A program made the translations under genes and the position numbers. Positions 59,737 through 64,000 of a stretch of 64,000 bases of DNA are shown in pieces; position 1 is the first letter of the stretch, and each line of letters starts with the position of its first letter. Below the pieces are notes generated by a model, which did no database searches, was not told where the DNA came from, and saw only the letters and a list, made by a program, of their open reading frames with translations. The DNA is taken from contig OY759598.1 in NCBI GenBank assembly GCA_963662435.1, forward strand, positions 3,318,507 to 3,382,506, given 5' to 3'. Source of the DNA: Dehalococcoidia bacterium (lineage in GTDB: Bacteria; Chloroflexota; Dehalococcoidia; Lucifugimonadales; VXLM01).

Positions 59737-59847
59737 TCGAGTCGGAGCTTTCCCTTCGGTTGAATTGTACACCATATGGCTGACCTTGGATTCCGCGTTT
59801 GCTGGTATACTTCCCACGCCGATACGGACTGGCATTCAGGAGTGGAA

Positions 59848-61095
59848 ATGCGGCAAGCAATCGAGCTGAACGGAGTGACATATCGGCGGCCCAACAGGCC
59901 CGTCGTAGTGGTGTGTATAGATGGGGGCGATCCGGCGTACTTCGAACGTGGGTTGAGCGACGGAATCCTGCCCAACATTCGCAGGTTTGGCGAGCATGGC
60001 TTCAGCGCGATCGCGCATGGAGTGATGCCGAGCTACACGAACCCGAACAACATGTCTATCGTGACCGGGAGTCCGCAGTCTGTACACGGCATATCGGGGA
60101 ACTACTTTCTCGATCCCGAGACGGGCGAGGAGCACATGATGAACGATCCGGCGTTCCTCCGCTCGGAGACGCTGCTCGAAAAATTCTCCGCGATGGGCGC
60201 GAGGGTAGTCGCGATCACGGCGAAGGACAAGCTTCGCCGTCTCCTGGGACGGGGACTGGACTTCGAGAACGGCTGCATCAACTTCTCGTCGGAGAAATCG
60301 GACACGTGCACCATGGAAGACAACGGGATCGAGAACGTGCTTGATATGGTCGGCCTCCCTCTGCCCGACGTGTACTCGGCCGACCTCTCGACCTTCGTCC
60401 TCGAAGCGGGGATCAAGATACTGGAACGGGGCGGCGTCGACCTGATGTACCTGTCGCTGACAGACTACATCCAGCACAAGTACGGGCCTGGAACGCCTGA
60501 GATCAACGACCTCTACACCCGTCTCGACAGCGCATTCGGTCGACTTGCGGACGCCGGGGCGGTCGTGGCGATCACGGCTGACCACGGCATGAGCGACAAG
60601 TCCCTGCCCGACGGCTCGCCCAACGTCGTTTACCTCATGGATGAACTGGACGCACGGTTCGGCGAGAACGCAACGCGCGTGGTCCTTCCGATAACCGACC
60701 CTTACGTGAGGCATCACGGCGCGCTCGGCGGTTTCGCGCGGGTGTACTGCACCGATGGGACGGGTGCGGATGATGTGCTGGGCTTCGTTGGAGACCTGGA
60801 CGGCATCGAATCCGTCTACGACAAGGCCGCCGCCTGCCGCGAGTTCGACCTTCCGCCTGACCGTGAGGGCGATGTCGTCGTTGTTTCCACCGCGAACACC
60901 GCCATCGGCAGGTCGGAGGCCGAGCATGACCTCTCCGAGCTTCAGGGATACCGCCTTCGCTCTCACGGTGGACTGGCCGAGCGGTACGTGCCGATCATCC
61001 TGTCGGAGCCTCTAACGGAAGACTATGCGCGTCGCGCGGGGAGTGGCACCATCAACAGCTATGAAATCTTCGACTATGCGATCAATGGCGTCTGA
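59848..61095 (+). CDS. phnA: Phosphonoacetate hydrolase
   Basis: VVVCIDG, PSYTNPNNMSIVTG, HGISGNY, TAKDKLR, YLSLTDYIQHK, TADHGM, LPITDPYVRHH, LRSHGG. Confidence 0.93.
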   Translation: MRQAIELNGVTYRRPNRPVVVVCIDGGDPAYFERGLSDGILPNIRRFGEHGFSAIAHGVMPSYTNPNNMSIVTGSPQSVHGISGNYFLDPETGEEHMMNDPAFLRSETLLEKFSAMGARVVAITAKDKLRRLLGRGLDFENGCINFSSEKSDTCTMEDNGIENVLDMVGLPLPDVYSADLSTFVLEAGIKILERGGVDLMYLSLTDYIQHKYGPGTPEINDLYTRLDSAFGRLADAGAVVAITADHGMSDKSLPDGSPNVVYLMDELDARFGENATRVVLPITDPYVRHHGALGGFARVYCTDGTGADDVLGFVGDLDGIESVYDKAAACREFDLPPDREGDVVVVSTANTAIGRSEAEHDLSELQGYRLRSHGGLAERYVPIILSEPLTEDYARRAGSGTINSYEIFDYAINGV

Positions 61096-61621
61096 ATCGG
61101 AAGACCTTTTTCGTATGGGGCCTCGCAGGGAGCTGTTTCGCGGTCCCATAATCACCCTTGTCGAGCGAGAGTTCGAGGGGAGGGACTACAGGGTCGTCGA
61201 ACACCCCGGCGCCAGCTGTGCGGTGCCCGTCACGCCGGAGGGCAAGATCGTCCTCATCCGGCAGTTTCGAGTCGCCATCGGGGAGTGGATCTGGGAGGTG
61301 CCCGCGGGTACGCTGGAACCGAACGAGTCCCCGGAGGAGTGCATGGCCCGCGAGGTCGTCGAGGAGATCGGCTGGGAGGCCGAGAGTCTCGAATCGCTGG
61401 GGAGCATATTCACCAGCCCCGGGTTCAGCAGCCAGCGGGTGCACCTGTTCGTCGCGCGTCTCTCCAAGCACGTAGGCACGCAGCACGAGGATACCGAGAG
61501 GATCAACGTGCACGAGCTGGACTGGGACGAAGTCCGGCGCATGATGGAGCGCAACGAGATACGGGACGGGAAATCGCTCGTGGCGTTGCACCGATACGAG
61601 AGCCGGTACGGGCGGGACTGA
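61085..61621 (+). CDS. NUDIX hydrolase (ADP-ribose pyrophosphatase-like)
   Basis: HPGA, LIRQFR, EVPAG...E......REVVEEIG, SPG. Confidence 0.9.
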   Translation: MASESEDLFRMGPRRELFRGPIITLVEREFEGRDYRVVEHPGASCAVPVTPEGKIVLIRQFRVAIGEWIWEVPAGTLEPNESPEECMAREVVEEIGWEAESLESLGSIFTSPGFSSQRVHLFVARLSKHVGTQHEDTERINVHELDWDEVRRMMERNEIRDGKSLVALHRYESRYGRD

Positions 61622-61639
61622 TGAAGTAGAACCTGAAGT

Positions 61640-61680
61640 ACGTTCGTGGCGAGCCCTTCGACAGGCTCAGGGCGAACGGG
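61640..61680. repeat. REP-like repeat
   Basis: CGTTCGTGGCGAGCCCTTCGACAGGCTCAGGGCGAACGG, same family as 17048 and 45088. Confidence 0.65.
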
Positions 61681-61782
61681 ATGATGATGCTCGACTGTAA
61701 CTGTAGAGTCCTCATCTGAGTTCGACATCGTCCCGAATCGACTTTAGGCCAGAATACGCCCGGAAGATGGAGGAGGCTCCTT

Positions 61783-62814
61783 ATGCAGCGACCCTGGTTT
61801 CGAGAGACTGAACTGTTCACGTCGGGAACGGGCGGATACCACACGTATCGCATCCCCGCTCTGATCGTTACCGCGCAAGGTAACGTGCTCGCCCTCTGCG
61901 AAGGTCGAAAATACAGCCAGTACGACCATGGGAAGATCGACATCGTCATGAGGCGGAGTCACGACGGCGGCATGACGTGGTCCGACACGCAGGTCGTCCA
62001 TTCCGACGGAGACCACACCATCGGGAACGCGTGCATAGTCCAGGACCGGACGACCGAAAAGATATGGCTGCTGTTCTGCAAGGACAACGATACCGTTCAC
62101 GCAATGTCCTCCGATGACGATGGGGCAACGTGGGCGGAGCCGAGGGACATCACGACAGACGTCAAGCCGGACAACTGGACGTGGTACGCGACAGGGCCCG
62201 GACACGGCATTCAGCTAACTAGTGGGCGACTCGTCATACCGTGCGACCACAGCGAAGGGACGAGGCATCACTCGCCGTTCTACTTCTCCCACGCGATTTA
62301 CAGCGACGATCACGGTGAGACGTGGACGGTTGGCGGGAGCACGCCGGGCTCCACCGATGAGTGCCAGGTCGTCGAGCTTACGGACGGCAGGCTATACATG
62401 AACGTCCGCTCGGCCGACCGGAGCCTCTCGACGCGGCTGGCCTGCTGGAGCGACGACGGAGGAGAGTCTTGGTCAGAACCGGAGCCGGTACAGGAACTCA
62501 TCGACCCGGTCTGCGAGGCGAGCATCGTTCGTCTGACCGGCGGGACGAACGAACGAGACCGCATCGTGTTCTCCAACCCCGCAAGCGATCAGCGCGAGCG
62601 TATAACGGTGCGTCTGAGCTACGACGAATGCGGGTCGTGGGAGGTCTCGAAGACCCTCTACGTCGGCCCGTCCGCCTACTCCGACCTGGCCGTCCTGCCC
62701 GATATGACGTTGGGCTGCCTGTACGAGCGGGGGTCCGAGCGCTACTCCGAGAGTATCCGGTTCGCGCAGTTCAATCTCGAGTGGCTGACGGACGGTGCCG
62801 ACTCGCTGGCGTGA
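61783..62814 (+). CDS. Exo-alpha-sialidase (GH33-like)
   Basis: YRIP motif, several Asp-boxes S.D.G.TW, GPGHG, AYSDL. Confidence 0.9.
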   Translation: MQRPWFRETELFTSGTGGYHTYRIPALIVTAQGNVLALCEGRKYSQYDHGKIDIVMRRSHDGGMTWSDTQVVHSDGDHTIGNACIVQDRTTEKIWLLFCKDNDTVHAMSSDDDGATWAEPRDITTDVKPDNWTWYATGPGHGIQLTSGRLVIPCDHSEGTRHHSPFYFSHAIYSDDHGETWTVGGSTPGSTDECQVVELTDGRLYMNVRSADRSLSTRLACWSDDGGESWSEPEPVQELIDPVCEASIVRLTGGTNERDRIVFSNPASDQRERITVRLSYDECGSWEVSKTLYVGPSAYSDLAVLPDMTLGCLYERGSERYSESIRFAQFNLEWLTDGADSLA

Positions 62815-63014
62815 GTCGGTCGCCATTCCAATAGCGAGATGAAGTGCAATATTCTTTTACTGACGCAATGAGCCTACTGTTTGGTAGAGTAATTCCATAA
62901 GCCTCCATCGTTGATTAGAGGGGACAGAAAGCGTCTGAGCTAGAGAGAGATGTCGAGTCGGCGGTCTCCGCTTGGGACTTGTGCGCTCGATTCAGGTTCG
63001 CAAGGGATGTAGAC

Positions 63015-63521
63015 ATGGACGATCTCACCAGACTGATGCTTTCGGCGCAGGCCGAGGCGTACGAGATAGCAGAGAGAACCGGGGACCTCCCCGAAAAGGT
63101 AGAAGTCAGCGCCAGATTTCATATGGACGGCTCAGGAGGGATGATACTTGATCGGTCGTCACGTTCCGTTGGCCCCATCAAAATGACTTTCACCCTTGCC
63201 CCTCAGCAGACCCCCGCTGGTCTACAACTACTTCGCGACAGGCTGATGGCCCAAGCCATGAAAGGTCAGAAGAAGAACACACGGAAGCGGACCGCTAGCC
63301 TCGCCCTCTACCAACTCCAGCGGAGGAGATGCAACGGCTGCGACGAAGAGTTGACTGCGTGGCAGCTCACTATCGACCATATCGTGCCGAAGTCACAAGG
63401 CGGAAGTGACGAGTTCGATAACCTCCAATTGCTTTGCTACTCCTGCAACTGGCTTAAGACGGATGACACTCAAGAGGATCTGCTCGACAGGCTTAGGGAT
63501 TTAGGCGTCATACCTCCCTAA
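63015..63521 (+). CDS. HNH endonuclease domain protein
   Basis: C..C...IDHIVPKSQGG....NLQLLC..CN..K. Confidence 0.85.
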   Translation: MDDLTRLMLSAQAEAYEIAERTGDLPEKVEVSARFHMDGSGGMILDRSSRSVGPIKMTFTLAPQQTPAGLQLLRDRLMAQAMKGQKKNTRKRTASLALYQLQRRRCNGCDEELTAWQLTIDHIVPKSQGGSDEFDNLQLLCYSCNWLKTDDTQEDLLDRLRDLGVIPP

Positions 63522-63688
63522 AAGACCTTCTTGCTCCCCCTACCGGCAGTCTTTTTACCGACTAGACTGGCGCTTTGCACTTCCTCCCTGTAGCTTCAAC
63601 AACCCACAAATGGTGTACGGGCAGGACAACGTATGGTACACTGCTCTACGAAAAGACTTAGAGAAAGAAATAGGATCGCAAATTAGGA

Positions 63689-63958
63689 ATGGGACTGGAC
63701 ACTAGCGTTAAGGAAGCGGTCGTCAAAGAGTATCGGACGAAGGACGGGGACACGGGATCGGCGGAAGTACAGATCGCACTCCTTACCACTCGCATCGTCA
63801 ACCTTACCAGCCACCTGCGTGAACACATCCACGACGAGTCGACCCGACGCGGTCTGATGAAGCTCGTTGGACGAAGGCGGCGACTACTCAAGTACCTCAA
63901 CAAAGAGGACGTTGGACGTTACCGTTCTATAGTCGCTAGGCTAGGTCTCCGGGGATAA
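63689..63958 (+). CDS. rpsO: 30S ribosomal protein S15
   Basis: [31 protein letters not shown]; extended -10 TGnTACACT at 63634-63642. Confidence 0.98.
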   Translation: MGLDTSVKEAVVKEYRTKDGDTGSAEVQIALLTTRIVNLTSHLREHIHDESTRRGLMKLVGRRRRLLKYLNKEDVGRYRSIVARLGLRG

Positions 63959-63965
63959 CTCCCTC

Positions 63966-63996
63966 AAGCACCCGCACTTCGGGTGCTTTTTCTTTG
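63966..63996 (+). terminator. Intrinsic terminator after rpsO
   Basis: AAGCACCCG-CACTT-CGGGTGCTT followed by a T-rich tail. Confidence 0.88.
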
Positions 63997-64000
63997 TTTG

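Noticed and set aside
59564..59770. T-box or SAM riboswitch upstream of metG
   Set aside because: No T-box GGTGGnACCGCG-like bulge or SAM-I core was recognisable; the leader-peptide model explains the pairings.
63015..63521. HNH gene as part of a defence system
   Set aside because: It is solitary, with no partner genes, repeats or RNA visible.

Overview
GC-rich bacterial chromosome segment. Gene content (Pro/Thr-rich lipoproteins, DUF1800/DUF1501 pair, NHL and ankyrin proteins, class III aminotransferase paralogs) suggests Chloroflexota/Dehalococcoidia (SAR202-like), possibly host-associated; this is inference only. The left ~28 kb is accessory. It holds a DICT-USP gene, a Gly/Glu/His-rich lipoprotein with an OmpR/BaeS-type two-component system, an IS630 element, and a run of recombinase-free cargo blocks. 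These blocks are separated by four degenerate copies of the tRNA-Leu(TAG) 3' end, each with a conserved 36-bp arm. Next come two ankyrin genes split by a nested MITE/IS1182/tandem-repeat composite and a BstYI/BglII-type restriction-modification pair. The right part is mostly metabolic and housekeeping: amidase, aminotransferases, malate synthase, maf, tatB/C, rplY, metG, phnA, sialidase and rpsO, plus one islet integrated into a glyoxalase gene end. The strongest candidates for new biology are (1) a Met-rich leader peptide with terminator/antiterminator upstream of metG, (2) the tRNA-Leu-anchored cassette array, (3) a structured leader RNA before an ankyrin gene, and (4) an aminotransferase paralog lacking the PLP lysine. 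No CRISPR array or rRNA was seen. All homology calls are motif recognition by eye, not database searches.
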